DNA of 64,000 bases, taken from the NCBI GenBank assembly GCA_002427605.1, contig DIRT01000020.1, forward strand, positions 10,013 through 74,012, given 5' to 3'. The first letter of the stretch is position 1; every line of letters starts with the position of its first letter. Both the position numbers and the translations under genes were made by a program. Below the pieces are notes generated by a model that was not told the DNA's origin, did not search any database, and saw nothing but the letters and a program-made list of their open reading frames with translations. Positions 18,315-29,187 of this stretch are shown here, in pieces. The DNA comes from Bacteroidales bacterium UBA5429 (GTDB lineage: Bacteria; Bacteroidota; Bacteroidia; Bacteroidales; WCHB1-69).

Positions 18315-19673
18315 CTACAATTTAGGCATAATGCCCAGATAGTTGTGCGGTGTTAATTTGTACATTTCCGCTTTGACAGTATCACTGATATTTAGGCTAT
18401 CTATAAACTGATGCAGTATCTCTTTGTTGATATTGCCTTTTCCCCGGGTTAAGGCTTTGAGTGCTTCATAAGGTTCAGGATAGCCTTCTCTTCTGAGAAT
18501 GGTCTGGATTGCTTCAGCTAAAACAGCCCAGTTATTGTCCAGGTCTCTCGAAATCGCTTCTTCATTCAAGAGTAGCTTATTGATACCGCGGATTAATGAC
18601 TTAATGGCAATCAAAGAATGTCCCATAGGAACTCCCAGATTACGAGTTACAGTGCTGTCAGTTAAATCGCGCTGCAGTCTGGATATGGGCAATTTAGCGG
18701 ACAATCCCTCCAACAGCGCATTGGCAATCGCAATGTTCCCCTCTGAGTTCTCAAAGTCAATCGGATTAACCTTATGTGGCATCGCTGATGAGCCCACTTC
18801 GCCGGCTTTAACTTGCTGCTTGAAATACTCCATGGAAATATAAGTCCACATGTCACGATCTAAATCCAGCAGGATATTATTAATTCTTTTTATGCCATCA
18901 AAATAGGCAGCCATATTGTCGTAATGCTCAATTTGAGTTGTGGTTTGTAGTCTGAATAAACCTAGTCTTTCAGATAAAAAACGATTCCCAAAAATTACCC
19001 AATCCACTTCCGGATAGGCAACATGGTGTGCATTGAAATTACCGGTAGCACCTCCAAATTTACCGCAAAAGGGAATCTCTGTCAATAAATTCCACTGGGT
19101 GATCAATCTTTCATAAAAGACATACCACTCTTTTCCCATACTGGTGGGAGAAGCGGGTTGTCCGTGGGTATGTGCTAATAATGGAACATCAATCCACTCT
19201 TTTGATTTTTTAAAAATCAGATGTGTCAGATCGGCAAAGAATGGGGTGTAGATCTGATCGTGAAACTGTTTGAGTAAATAGGGAGTGGCAGTGTTGTTAA
19301 TATCCTGTGAGGTTAATCCAAAGTGGATCATCTCTTTGTATTGGGCAAGACCCAAACGATCAAAAGCCTCTTTGATGAAATACTCAACCGCTTTAACATC
19401 ATGATTGGTTGTTTTTTCTATCTCTTTCACTCTGAGTGCATCCTCTTCTGAAAAATTGAGATAGATCTCGTCCAGTTTTGGGAATAACTGTTTGTCAACC
19501 GACTCCAATTGAGGGAGAGGAATTTCACAAAGTGCTTTGAAATACTCAATCTCCACCATCACCCTGGCACGAATCAGGGCATATTCTGAAAAAAATTGAG
19601 TCAAAGATTCTACCTGTTTAAAATATCTGCCATCGATAGGGGAAATAGCAGTTAACGGATTAAGATTCATCAT
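18315..19673 (-). CDS. purB: adenylosuccinate lyase
   Basis: 452 aa. SPIDGRY and the fumarate-lyase signature GSSAMPHKVNP. Confidence 0.95.
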   Translation of the reverse strand: MMNLNPLTAISPIDGRYFKQVESLTQFFSEYALIRARVMVEIEYFKALCEIPLPQLESVDKQLFPKLDEIYLNFSEEDALRVKEIEKTTNHDVKAVEYFIKEAFDRLGLAQYKEMIHFGLTSQDINNTATPYLLKQFHDQIYTPFFADLTHLIFKKSKEWIDVPLLAHTHGQPASPTSMGKEWYVFYERLITQWNLLTEIPFCGKFGGATGNFNAHHVAYPEVDWVIFGNRFLSERLGLFRLQTTTQIEHYDNMAAYFDGIKRINNILLDLDRDMWTYISMEYFKQQVKAGEVGSSAMPHKVNPIDFENSEGNIAIANALLEGLSAKLPISRLQRDLTDSTVTRNLGVPMGHSLIAIKSLIRGINKLLLNEEAISRDLDNNWAVLAEAIQTILRREGYPEPYEALKALTRGKGNINKEILHQFIDSLNISDTVKAEMYKLTPHNYLGIMPKL

Positions 19674-19674
19674 A

Positions 19675-20448
19675 TTATGTAAATTGAATTTCTATTGTAT
19701 CATTAATTTTTAAGTCTCCCAACATAGCAATAGCTCCTTTATAAAAAGTGATTTCAATGTAGCCTAATTTATTGGGAAATAGGTAAATTTCTTTCTCATT
19801 AGCATTATAATAAGAGTGCATTTTTGTTACATCCAGTTTTTTTGAGTCAGAAAAGGTAACGGTAAACTCTTTACCTTGCACTGCTTCCAGAAATACCTCA
19901 TTGGGGATATTGGTCACGGCATTAAAAAAAGAGTCAATATATATGATCTTGCCCAGGATTGATTTTTCCTTTTTGATATAATAAAACTGATCATCAAGAA
20001 TTTGATTCAGTTTGGAAATAGGAACTGTACAATTCTCTAATTTATTTTCAAACAAAGCTTGAATCATCAGCGCCATTTTTTGGAACCAATTCACCTCTTC
20101 ACTACCATTGAATTGGTAGATGGCATCTGCTTCTTCATCTCCAATAATGGTTTGAAAAACACCGGTATCTTCACCTAAAAACCAATGATTTTTGTAGGAT
20201 AACAGGATAGGATTGGAATTATTTGATGACTTTCCTCCCACGTTAATAATGTGCACCGTATTTTCAGGGAAATGAGAAAAACTGGCTTTGGCAATAAAAG
20301 CGGCTTGTCCGATATTGTACTTTTCAATAGCGTGACTAATATCAAATATTTGAACATCAGGAATATGTGATATCAAGACACCCTTTAAGATGGAGACATA
20401 GGGGTCTCTGAGTTTCCAGTCGCTGATTAAAGTTACATTTTTCATCAT
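19675..20448 (-). CDS. SAM hydrolase / SAM-dependent halogenase family protein (DUF62)
   Basis: N-terminal LISDWKLRDPYVSILKGVL...DISH pattern, 257 aa. Confidence 0.65.
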   Translation of the reverse strand: MMKNVTLISDWKLRDPYVSILKGVLISHIPDVQIFDISHAIEKYNIGQAAFIAKASFSHFPENTVHIINVGGKSSNNSNPILLSYKNHWFLGEDTGVFQTIIGDEEADAIYQFNGSEEVNWFQKMALMIQALFENKLENCTVPISKLNQILDDQFYYIKKEKSILGKIIYIDSFFNAVTNIPNEVFLEAVQGKEFTVTFSDSKKLDVTKMHSYYNANEKEIYLFPNKLGYIEITFYKGAIAMLGDLKINDTIEIQFT

Positions 20449-21566
20449 TATTTAGTGGAATATTTTAATAAAATAGCACAAACAACCAGGTAAATCAGAT
20501 TCGGGATCCAAGGTCCCAATCCGGGAGGTATTACACCGGAGAGAGAAAATACATTGGAAACCTGCTGCAAAAATACAAATATAAATGCTAACCCAATTCC
20601 TAAAAACAGATGCACTCCCACCCCCCTTCTTGTTTTTTGTGAAGCAACACAAAAAGCTAAAATAGTCATGATAAAGGTTCCCAATGAGTTAGCTAATCTG
20701 GTTTGTTTCTCGATAATATAATGTTTTGCCATCCCGGTCCCTTTGATCTTTTCTCCACGAATAAAACGGGTTAATTCTCTGTAGGACATGGTTCCCGCTA
20801 CTTTTGCATTCTGTTCCAAGTCGGTCGGAACAATGTTAAAGGTTGTATCCAGAGTTCTTCCTGTGGATACTGTTTCCACTCCTGCATGAATGGTGCGTCG
20901 TGTATAATTGTATAAAGTCCAATTCTTTTGATCCTCATTATACCGGATAGTATTGGCTTTCAATTTCATTTTGATAAACTGTGATCCTAATACTTCGTAG
21001 GTGAAGTGGTATCCCTCCATCTGCTGATGATCCCAACGTTCTACAAAGATATAGCTGTTGGCAGAGTTTCGGACATGAATGGTAGTTTTTGGGATCACTT
21101 GCCTCTTCATGGTATTCTCCTTAAACCGATTCATCTTTTCGTTGGTAATCGGCACCAACTCATTGGACATAAATACAGCCAATATAGAAATAATCAATGC
21201 ACCAACCAGGAAGGGGATTAAAAAACGATAGTAATTAACGCCCCCTCCTAAAATAGCAATAATCTCATTCTGATTACTCATTTTTGAGGTAAACCAGATC
21301 ACACTAATAAACACAAAAAGGGGAATAAACAGGTTGATGAAATAGGGAATAAAGTTCAGATAATATTTTAACAAAATATCCTTCATCGGGATATTGTTAT
21401 CCAAAAAACGATGCACATTTTCCGAAAAGTCAAAAATAACGATAATCGCCATCAATAGGGAGATGGCAAAGACAAAAGAGCTGAGAAACTTTTTGAGCAC
21501 GTAAGTGTCAATCAGCTTCCATCTGAAGTTTTTGATCAGAGAAAAAATGTGCTTCAACCACTTCAT
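20448..21566 (-). CDS. LptF/LptG-family LPS export permease
   Basis: 372 aa with YjgP/YjgQ topology (three TMs, a periplasmic beta-jellyroll, then three TMs). Confidence 0.75.
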   Translation of the reverse strand: MKWLKHIFSLIKNFRWKLIDTYVLKKFLSSFVFAISLLMAIIVIFDFSENVHRFLDNNIPMKDILLKYYLNFIPYFINLFIPLFVFISVIWFTSKMSNQNEIIAILGGGVNYYRFLIPFLVGALIISILAVFMSNELVPITNEKMNRFKENTMKRQVIPKTTIHVRNSANSYIFVERWDHQQMEGYHFTYEVLGSQFIKMKLKANTIRYNEDQKNWTLYNYTRRTIHAGVETVSTGRTLDTTFNIVPTDLEQNAKVAGTMSYRELTRFIRGEKIKGTGMAKHYIIEKQTRLANSLGTFIMTILAFCVASQKTRRGVGVHLFLGIGLAFIFVFLQQVSNVFSLSGVIPPGLGPWIPNLIYLVVCAILLKYSTK

Positions 21567-21569
21567 TTG

Positions 21570-23657
21570 TTATTTTTCCTCTTTAAGCCAACGGTCTAAC
21601 CAACCCAAAAATTCACGTTGCCAAAGCATTGCATTTTGTGGTTTGGAAACAAAGTGATCCTCATCAGGGAAATATAAAAATCGGCTGGGAATCCCTTTGA
21701 TTTGGGCTGCATTGAAAGCTTGCATTCCCTCGGTATATGGAATTCTGAAATCATTGCCTCCATGAATTACCAAAATGGGGGTGTCCCAATTACCTACAAA
21801 TCGATGAGGTGAGAAACTGTAACTCTTATAGTTTTCCCAGTAAGGACCTTCAATATCATGATTGGCAAAGAAAAGTTCCTCAGTTGTGCCATACCAACTT
21901 TCAAAGTTAAACATACCGCAGTGGGCAATGAAGGTTTTGAATCTCTTTTGATGATTTCCCGCTAACCAATACACAGAAAATCCTCCGTAACTGGCTCCTA
22001 CAGCACCTAAACGAGTTTCATCTACATAAGGTTCTTTAGCCACATCATCAATAGCGGAGAGATAATCTTTCATATTTTGTCCGCCGTAATCCTTGCTGAT
22101 CTGGTCATTCCACTCACTGCCAAATCCGGGTAATCCTCTACGATTGGGTGCTACAACAACATATCCGCGAGATGCCAGCATCTGGAAATTCCAGCGGTAA
22201 GAGAAGAACTGACTTACGGAAGATTGGGGTCCGCCCTGGCAATAAAGCAATGTAGGATATTTTTGAGCAGGATCAAAATTGGGGGGAAGGATAACCCATA
22301 CCAACATATCCTTTCCATCGGTAGTTTTTACCCATCTCTTTTCAGTTTTGGATAAAGTGATTTTTGAAAGCACTTCGGTGTTGATAAAGCTCAACTGTTT
22401 TTCTTCACGGGTTTGAGGATTAATAGTGAAAAGTTCTGCCGGAAGCGCATGGGTTGTTTTAGTTCCAATCAACATCTGATCAGCAACTAGAATATTGATA
22501 TAATCATGATCTCCCTCAGTAATTTGGGTAATCTCCTCAGATTCAACATTCAGACTGTATATTTGATAAGTAGCCTCTTTACAACTGGTAAAGTAAACAG
22601 TTTTTCCATCTTTGCTCCACGCGAAATTTTCTGCATCCTGATCGAAATTGGTACTGAAATCTTTGGAGGTGTTACTGTTGAAATCATGAATAAACAAGCG
22701 ATGTTTTTCAGACTCAAAACCATCGGTTTTCATGCTCCACCAAACCAGTTTTGAACCATCGGGAGAGAACACGGGATTCATGTCATATCCTTTATTCTCT
22801 GCTGTCAGGTTGATCGTAGTTTTTTGCTCTAAATCATAAATAAAGATATCGCTATTGGTACTTACGGCAAAATCTTTACCGCTTGATTCTTTGGTGCAGT
22901 AAGCTATTTTTTTGCTATCAGGACTCCAGGCAATCTGTTCAAAACCGCCATGTGAAGGGATAGGAGAGTGGAACTTCTTGCCTTCCAACAACTCAACAGG
23001 ATTTTCCATCTTAGGATAAGAAGCAATAAAGAGGTGGGAATAGGTTCCATCTGCCCATTGGTTCCAGTGACGATACATCAGGTCGTCATAGATTTTAGCA
23101 TTAGCCAAAGGAAGATCCGGATAGCGCTGTTCGATAGTCGGATCCAGTTGCACATTCATAGCGTACACAATCTGTGACATATCGGGTGCATAGGCGAATC
23201 CGGTGATATCTGAAGGAGCGTTGGAGATTACTTTAGGTTGTTTCCCATCGGGATCCATCTCCCAAATTTGCATTTTCCCTTCGTGGGGAGCCAAATAGGC
23301 GATCTTTTTACCGTCGGGTCTCCAAATTGCGGCAGACTCGTTATTCTCAGTACGTGTAATTTGTGTGGGTTGACCATCGGGAAGTTCCAACACATATAAA
23401 TCGTTATTACCTTTGTTTAGTTTGTAATCGTAATAGGTGATTCCAAAAAGAAGCGTTTTCCCATCGGGGGAGATTTGTGGGTTATTCATTCTCCCCAAAT
23501 ACCATAGAATCTCTTCATTCATCACGCCTCCCGAAAAATCAGGAACAGTACGACTCTCTTGGGTTATTAGTTCCGTTTTATCTCCGGATAGATTATGACA
23601 AGCACTCATAAGGATAGCTGCAAAAATTAAAAAGAAATTTACTGATCTCATATTCAT
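21570..23657 (-). CDS. S9-family serine peptidase with an N-terminal beta-propeller
   Basis: Signal peptide, TolB-like propeller repeats, nucleophile elbow GASYGG and a C-terminal D...H. Confidence 0.85.
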   Translation of the reverse strand: MNMRSVNFFLIFAAILMSACHNLSGDKTELITQESRTVPDFSGGVMNEEILWYLGRMNNPQISPDGKTLLFGITYYDYKLNKGNNDLYVLELPDGQPTQITRTENNESAAIWRPDGKKIAYLAPHEGKMQIWEMDPDGKQPKVISNAPSDITGFAYAPDMSQIVYAMNVQLDPTIEQRYPDLPLANAKIYDDLMYRHWNQWADGTYSHLFIASYPKMENPVELLEGKKFHSPIPSHGGFEQIAWSPDSKKIAYCTKESSGKDFAVSTNSDIFIYDLEQKTTINLTAENKGYDMNPVFSPDGSKLVWWSMKTDGFESEKHRLFIHDFNSNTSKDFSTNFDQDAENFAWSKDGKTVYFTSCKEATYQIYSLNVESEEITQITEGDHDYINILVADQMLIGTKTTHALPAELFTINPQTREEKQLSFINTEVLSKITLSKTEKRWVKTTDGKDMLVWVILPPNFDPAQKYPTLLYCQGGPQSSVSQFFSYRWNFQMLASRGYVVVAPNRRGLPGFGSEWNDQISKDYGGQNMKDYLSAIDDVAKEPYVDETRLGAVGASYGGFSVYWLAGNHQKRFKTFIAHCGMFNFESWYGTTEELFFANHDIEGPYWENYKSYSFSPHRFVGNWDTPILVIHGGNDFRIPYTEGMQAFNAAQIKGIPSRFLYFPDEDHFVSKPQNAMLWQREFLGWLDRWLKEEK

Positions 23658-23667
23658 TATTTTTTTG

Positions 23668-23675
23668 CAAAAATA
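23668..23675 (-). promoter_or_regulatory. -7 box TATTTTTG upstream of the S9 peptidase array
   Basis: TAnnTTTG lies only 11 nt from ATG 23657 (17 nt from the alternative ATG 23651), which implies a very short leader. Confidence 0.4.
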
Positions 23676-23790
23676 TGAAAAATCGGTGAGGATTTACACG
23701 ATTGTACGGTACGATTGTGAACTATTTTAATGTAAAGGTCTCGTTTAACAGATAAAACTATAATTCCTGTACACTTAAATAGAAGTAATG

Positions 23791-23798
23791 TATATTTG
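23791..23798 (+). promoter_or_regulatory. -7 box TATATTTG, candidate promoter of the 98-aa repeat protein
   Basis: TAnnTTTG, 93 nt upstream of ATG 23891. Confidence 0.35.
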
Positions 23799-23890
23799 CA
23801 CTGATAAATTAAATATTAACGGATTCTGAAAAAATGGGTTAACTCTAAAAAGCAATCGAGTTATCAATTAATAAATTTAATACAAAAGCT

Positions 23891-24187
23891 ATGGACACAA
23901 CAATTAACATCACATGCCCACAGTCGGGGTGCCAGATTTCTATTCATATTTCTGTACCGGAAAATGCATCCGACACAAGACCAACCGTTGAAGTAGTTGA
24001 CAATACCAGACCTGTTGATTCTGGCGTAAGACCTTCCGATCCTGTAGTAAGACCTGTAGACTCCGGAGTCAGACCCACCCAAAGCTCAGGTAGAATTGAT
24101 GCACCGGCAGGGAAAAACTCATACGACATTTCTGACGAAGATAAAAATGATACACCCTATAGAAATGTAAGACAACCCAGAAGGTAA
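23891..24187 (+). CDS. 98-aa protein with five tandem heptapeptide repeats (RPxDxxV), no signal peptide
   Basis: There are 21-nt tandem repeats. Copies 2 and 4 both encode VDSGV but differ at all five third-codon positions (gtt gat tct ggc gta versus gta gac tcc gga gtc). That argues for selection on this reading frame. Confidence 0.65.
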   Translation: MDTTINITCPQSGCQISIHISVPENASDTRPTVEVVDNTRPVDSGVRPSDPVVRPVDSGVRPTQSSGRIDAPAGKNSYDISDEDKNDTPYRNVRQPRR

Positions 24188-24227
24188 CTTCTTTTTATTT
24201 GATTACTTTATAGAATCTTCCTTTCCC

Positions 24228-25919
24228 CTACCTAAACCCAATCCTCTTTCCCTCTCCACCTTTGGTGATGTTTTCGCTTTCGCAGTATTCTTGTAGTTGT
24301 TTGAGGGTTGTTTTTTTGCCTGAGAGGATTTGATCTACGCTGTTTTTGCGGGCGATGTTCTCGATTTGTCCACCACTGAAGTCGTATGTTTCGGCGAGTA
24401 TGAGAGCCGATTTTTTGCTCAATTCGGGAATCATGGATAACCAAATCGCTTGCTTAGCTTTGATATTGGGTTTCTCAAATTTTACTTTATATAAAAATCT
24501 GCGCTCAAAGGCTTTGTCGAGGTTTTGAGTCAGATTGGTAGTGGCAATCATGATCCCCTCCAAGGTTTCCATCTCTTGTAAGATGATGTTTTGGATGGAG
24601 TTTTCCATCTTATTGACCGCACTGGTGGCTCCCTCCTGACGAATACCCAAAATGGCGTCCGCTTCATTGAAAAGCAGGATGGGGGCGATGTCGGAATCCT
24701 CAACGGCAAGACGATAATTGTCAAATAATTCTTTGATATTTTTCTCACTTTCACCCACCCACATACTTTTGATCTCCGAAACATTAACCGGAATGATATC
24801 TCTTCCTGTTTCGCGGGCTAATTGTAAAGCTGTTTCAGTCTTTCCCGTACCGGGAGCGCCGTAAAACAGACACGCAAACCCTTTCCGCATTCCTCTATCT
24901 GCCAAACGCTGTTGAATCTGTTTAAATTGTTCCTGTTTCAAAAGGTTGGTGAGCTGATTGATTTGAACCCCCTCCTGCTGATTGTAGTACATTTTTTTGG
25001 ACGAAATAGTAGTATGAGTCTTCATCAGCTTGATGATTCTTGATTTTTTCTTCTTTATTGTTAGCTCAGGAAAAAGCTCTTTTATAGCAAATTGAGTAAA
25101 ACAATAGCTGCTACGGTCTGCAAATCCATCATTGTTTTCAAACTCAAGGAGTTTAAGATTAAATAGCTCATGATCTCCGTTTGATAAACGGGTTTTTATT
25201 GTTCTTGTGCGAAATAAATCGGAGAACATGCGGTCGATTTCAAAGGCTCCAAATGACTCATCACCATCATTAATATGTAGATGGCTGAAATAGACCAATA
25301 TCATCCGTGATTGCCAGTTGAGCGAATAACTGTTTACTTTCTGAACATATTCTAAATGAGTGTTTCTTTGTAAAAGTTCGTCGATCTCATCCTTCAACGC
25401 CGCACCACTAATGTCATCACTAAAGAATTCTTTAAAAAGATCTGATAAAGCGTAAAAGAAATCGTGAATATTAAGATCCTTCAATACAGGTGGGGTATAA
25501 TTTTTGTTCTTTGTTAAAGCTCCAATCACCTCAGGTACAACACGATAATAGGTCTCATCTTTTTTCTGAATAGCTCGAATGAGCTTTCTTTTTACTAATT
25601 CCTCAATATCATTTGAGTGGCGTAAAATGGTGATTCTTTTACAATTCAAATGATCAGCTATGTCTTCATTACGAATATGCGGATCATGACATTGATCTAC
25701 AAAAACGGAAAATAAAACCATCTGTATAGGAGTCAATTTAAGAATTTTGTTAGCATAATCGATTGGTTTGGCAGCTTTCTTCAAAAGTTCTTTACTCAAA
25801 TTGGAATTTTCTGATAGTTGCACAATCACTTCAATAGCGTGAAGTAGATTTTCGATTGGCTCATTCCAAATGGTATCCGCCTGATTTTCATTCATTTGTG
25901 GAATATTATTTGCATTCAT
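24228..25919 (-). CDS. classical AAA+ ATPase with a long N-terminal region containing a wHTH-like segment
   Basis: Walker A GAPGTGKT, Walker B ILLFNEAD, and a second region of homology (ATTN...AFERRF). The N-terminal ~330 aa carry no motif I can identify except an HTH-like segment (IADHLNCKRITILRHSNDIEELVKRKLI). Confidence 0.8.
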   Translation of the reverse strand: MNANNIPQMNENQADTIWNEPIENLLHAIEVIVQLSENSNLSKELLKKAAKPIDYANKILKLTPIQMVLFSVFVDQCHDPHIRNEDIADHLNCKRITILRHSNDIEELVKRKLIRAIQKKDETYYRVVPEVIGALTKNKNYTPPVLKDLNIHDFFYALSDLFKEFFSDDISGAALKDEIDELLQRNTHLEYVQKVNSYSLNWQSRMILVYFSHLHINDGDESFGAFEIDRMFSDLFRTRTIKTRLSNGDHELFNLKLLEFENNDGFADRSSYCFTQFAIKELFPELTIKKKKSRIIKLMKTHTTISSKKMYYNQQEGVQINQLTNLLKQEQFKQIQQRLADRGMRKGFACLFYGAPGTGKTETALQLARETGRDIIPVNVSEIKSMWVGESEKNIKELFDNYRLAVEDSDIAPILLFNEADAILGIRQEGATSAVNKMENSIQNIILQEMETLEGIMIATTNLTQNLDKAFERRFLYKVKFEKPNIKAKQAIWLSMIPELSKKSALILAETYDFSGGQIENIARKNSVDQILSGKKTTLKQLQEYCESENITKGGEGKRIGFR

Positions 25920-25992
25920 ATAACTATTATTTTGATGTTTATGATGCGAAAATAGATATTGAATATGCCAAATAATAGCACAAGACTAAAAA

Positions 25993-26332
25993 TTTCGGAT
26001 TTCGGATTTCGGATTTCGGAATGAAGGCGGAATCAACATTGTACTGTAAAGACGCAATGCTTTGCGTCTCTACAGCCATCCGCATTATATTTTTTAATCT
26101 CTGATAATCAAGGTTATCAACACACAATTTATCCAAAAGGTAGAATATTCCTTAGACCACCCCGCCCTTCGGGCACCCCTCCTTCTTCCAGAGGAGGGGA
26201 GTTAAAATAACAAAAGAGGTACACCTTTTCTGCCCCCCTTTTTTTTTATTTCCAAAAAAAGAAAAATAATAAATTTATGGAGATTATTAAAATCCTATAT
26301 CATTTCGCCTTCCGACTTTCGACTGTCGCCTT
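25993..26332. repeat. mosaic intergenic repeat block
   Basis: Components:
- TTTCGGA x4 at 25993..26020
- imperfect palindrome at 26046..26073
- G-run module (reverse orientation) at 26161..26253
- TTTCGCC/TTCCGAC/TTTCGAC/TGTCGCC at 26303..26330, abutting the stop codon at 26333. Confidence 0.9.
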
Positions 26333-27316
26333 TTAATCGCTTTCCGAAATCAAAAAGTTTACTTTTTTGTATCTCTTTTCCAGCCATTTCCGGTTGCTGC
26401 TTTGGTATCCTACGGCGTAGTTGATCTCTTCTCGCGGGACGGTAATCTGAAAAGTGTCACCCTGCTGTTTTTTTGCTTCTGCCAGGAGTCGCTCTTTCCA
26501 GATTTCGGTGAGAACCAGCTCTTTAAAGGATACATGAAACGGTCCGGCGACCAGTTCCGTTTGGTGGATTAATCCCTCGGAGGGGTGCAAGCCTATTCGC
26601 AATATTGTAACCTGGTGGCTCTCAAACTCTTTATAGATAGGAACACACCAAGCCACCGCCTCTTCTAACGAAAGAGGAGTGTATTTTCCGGCAAGGTAGA
26701 GCCGTTCCAGCAGGGTACCCTTGATCACTAATGTAGGGTAGATTCGCGCGTGGGTTCCCCCCAATTTTATTAATTCCAAAGAAGTAAAAAAAGATTTCTC
26801 AGCGGTATCACCGGGTAAGCCGATCATCATTTGCACACCCAACTCAAACTGATGTGTCGTGATGAGCTGTGCGCTACGGCGAATATCCTCGACAGTATGC
26901 CCCCGCTGAGCCAGCCACAACACCTCGGGATCCATCGAAGGCGTGCCCAACTCAATGAGGGAAACGTGATATTGCTTGAGATTGCGTAAAATGGTCTCGT
27001 CGATATAATCCGGACGGGTAGAAAGCTGTATGGAATCAACTTGCTGACTCTCGATATAAGGCTGAACTGCTTGCAGATACTGCTCCTGCTTTTGCCAGGG
27101 CAAACCGGTAAAACTACCGCCGAAAAAAGCGATTTTTACTCGGATATCTTCATTCTGAAAAGGGATCGTTTTCAGGTATTGCTCAACAGTCGCAACCACC
27201 TCTTGAGGAGTGGGAGAGAGGGTTTTGTTTGTAATATGGTACTGATTACAGTAAGAACAGCGGTGTGGACAGGCGTCCTCCGGTATAAAAATGGGAATCG
27301 TGTAAAATTTCTTCAA
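26333..27316 (-). CDS. radical SAM protein (Elp3/HemN-like fold, no HAT domain)
   Basis: CPHRCSYCNQ cluster motif near the N-terminus, 327 aa. Confidence 0.7.
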   Translation of the reverse strand: MKKFYTIPIFIPEDACPHRCSYCNQYHITNKTLSPTPQEVVATVEQYLKTIPFQNEDIRVKIAFFGGSFTGLPWQKQEQYLQAVQPYIESQQVDSIQLSTRPDYIDETILRNLKQYHVSLIELGTPSMDPEVLWLAQRGHTVEDIRRSAQLITTHQFELGVQMMIGLPGDTAEKSFFTSLELIKLGGTHARIYPTLVIKGTLLERLYLAGKYTPLSLEEAVAWCVPIYKEFESHQVTILRIGLHPSEGLIHQTELVAGPFHVSFKELVLTEIWKERLLAEAKKQQGDTFQITVPREEINYAVGYQSSNRKWLEKRYKKVNFLISESD

Positions 27317-27325
27317 AATCTACCC

Positions 27326-27559
27326 TTATTCAACCAAGATAAGCGCTTTATTCTTTTTGACCTCTAAAACGCCTCCTGTGATATCAAAATACTTGGTTCC
27401 TCCAGGGGTTTCCACCCTTACGGTTCCTTGTTTTAGAGCGGCAATCATAGGCGCGTGTTTATCCAATATGGCAAAAAGTCCATCTACTCCGGGAAGCTGC
27501 ACAAGAGATGCTTCGCCTGTAAAAATATCTTTCTCGGGGGTTAAAATCTCTAATAGCAT
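27326..27559 (-). CDS. atpC: F1 ATP synthase epsilon subunit (short form)
   Basis: 77 aa. MLLEILTPEK... is a beta-sandwich-only epsilon, immediately after atpD. Confidence 0.85.
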   Translation of the reverse strand: MLLEILTPEKDIFTGEASLVQLPGVDGLFAILDKHAPMIAALKQGTVRVETPGGTKYFDITGGVLEVKKNKALILVE

Positions 27560-27561
27560 AA

Positions 27562-29136
<1,575 letters not shown>

Positions 29137-29187
29137 TTATCATATTTTGCAATAACTTTTGAAAAAAATAGCTCTTTTGCCCTTAAA

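Noticed and set aside
23864-24129. Minus-strand ORFs (72 aa and 61 aa) overlapping the 98-aa repeat gene
   Set aside because: The synonymous third-position differences between repeat copies fit only the plus-strand frame.
25993-26332. Possibility that the tandem repeats or hairpins are a CRISPR array
   Set aside because: The units are 7 nt with no unique spacers. The palindromes are single, not periodically spaced, and there are no cas genes in the window.
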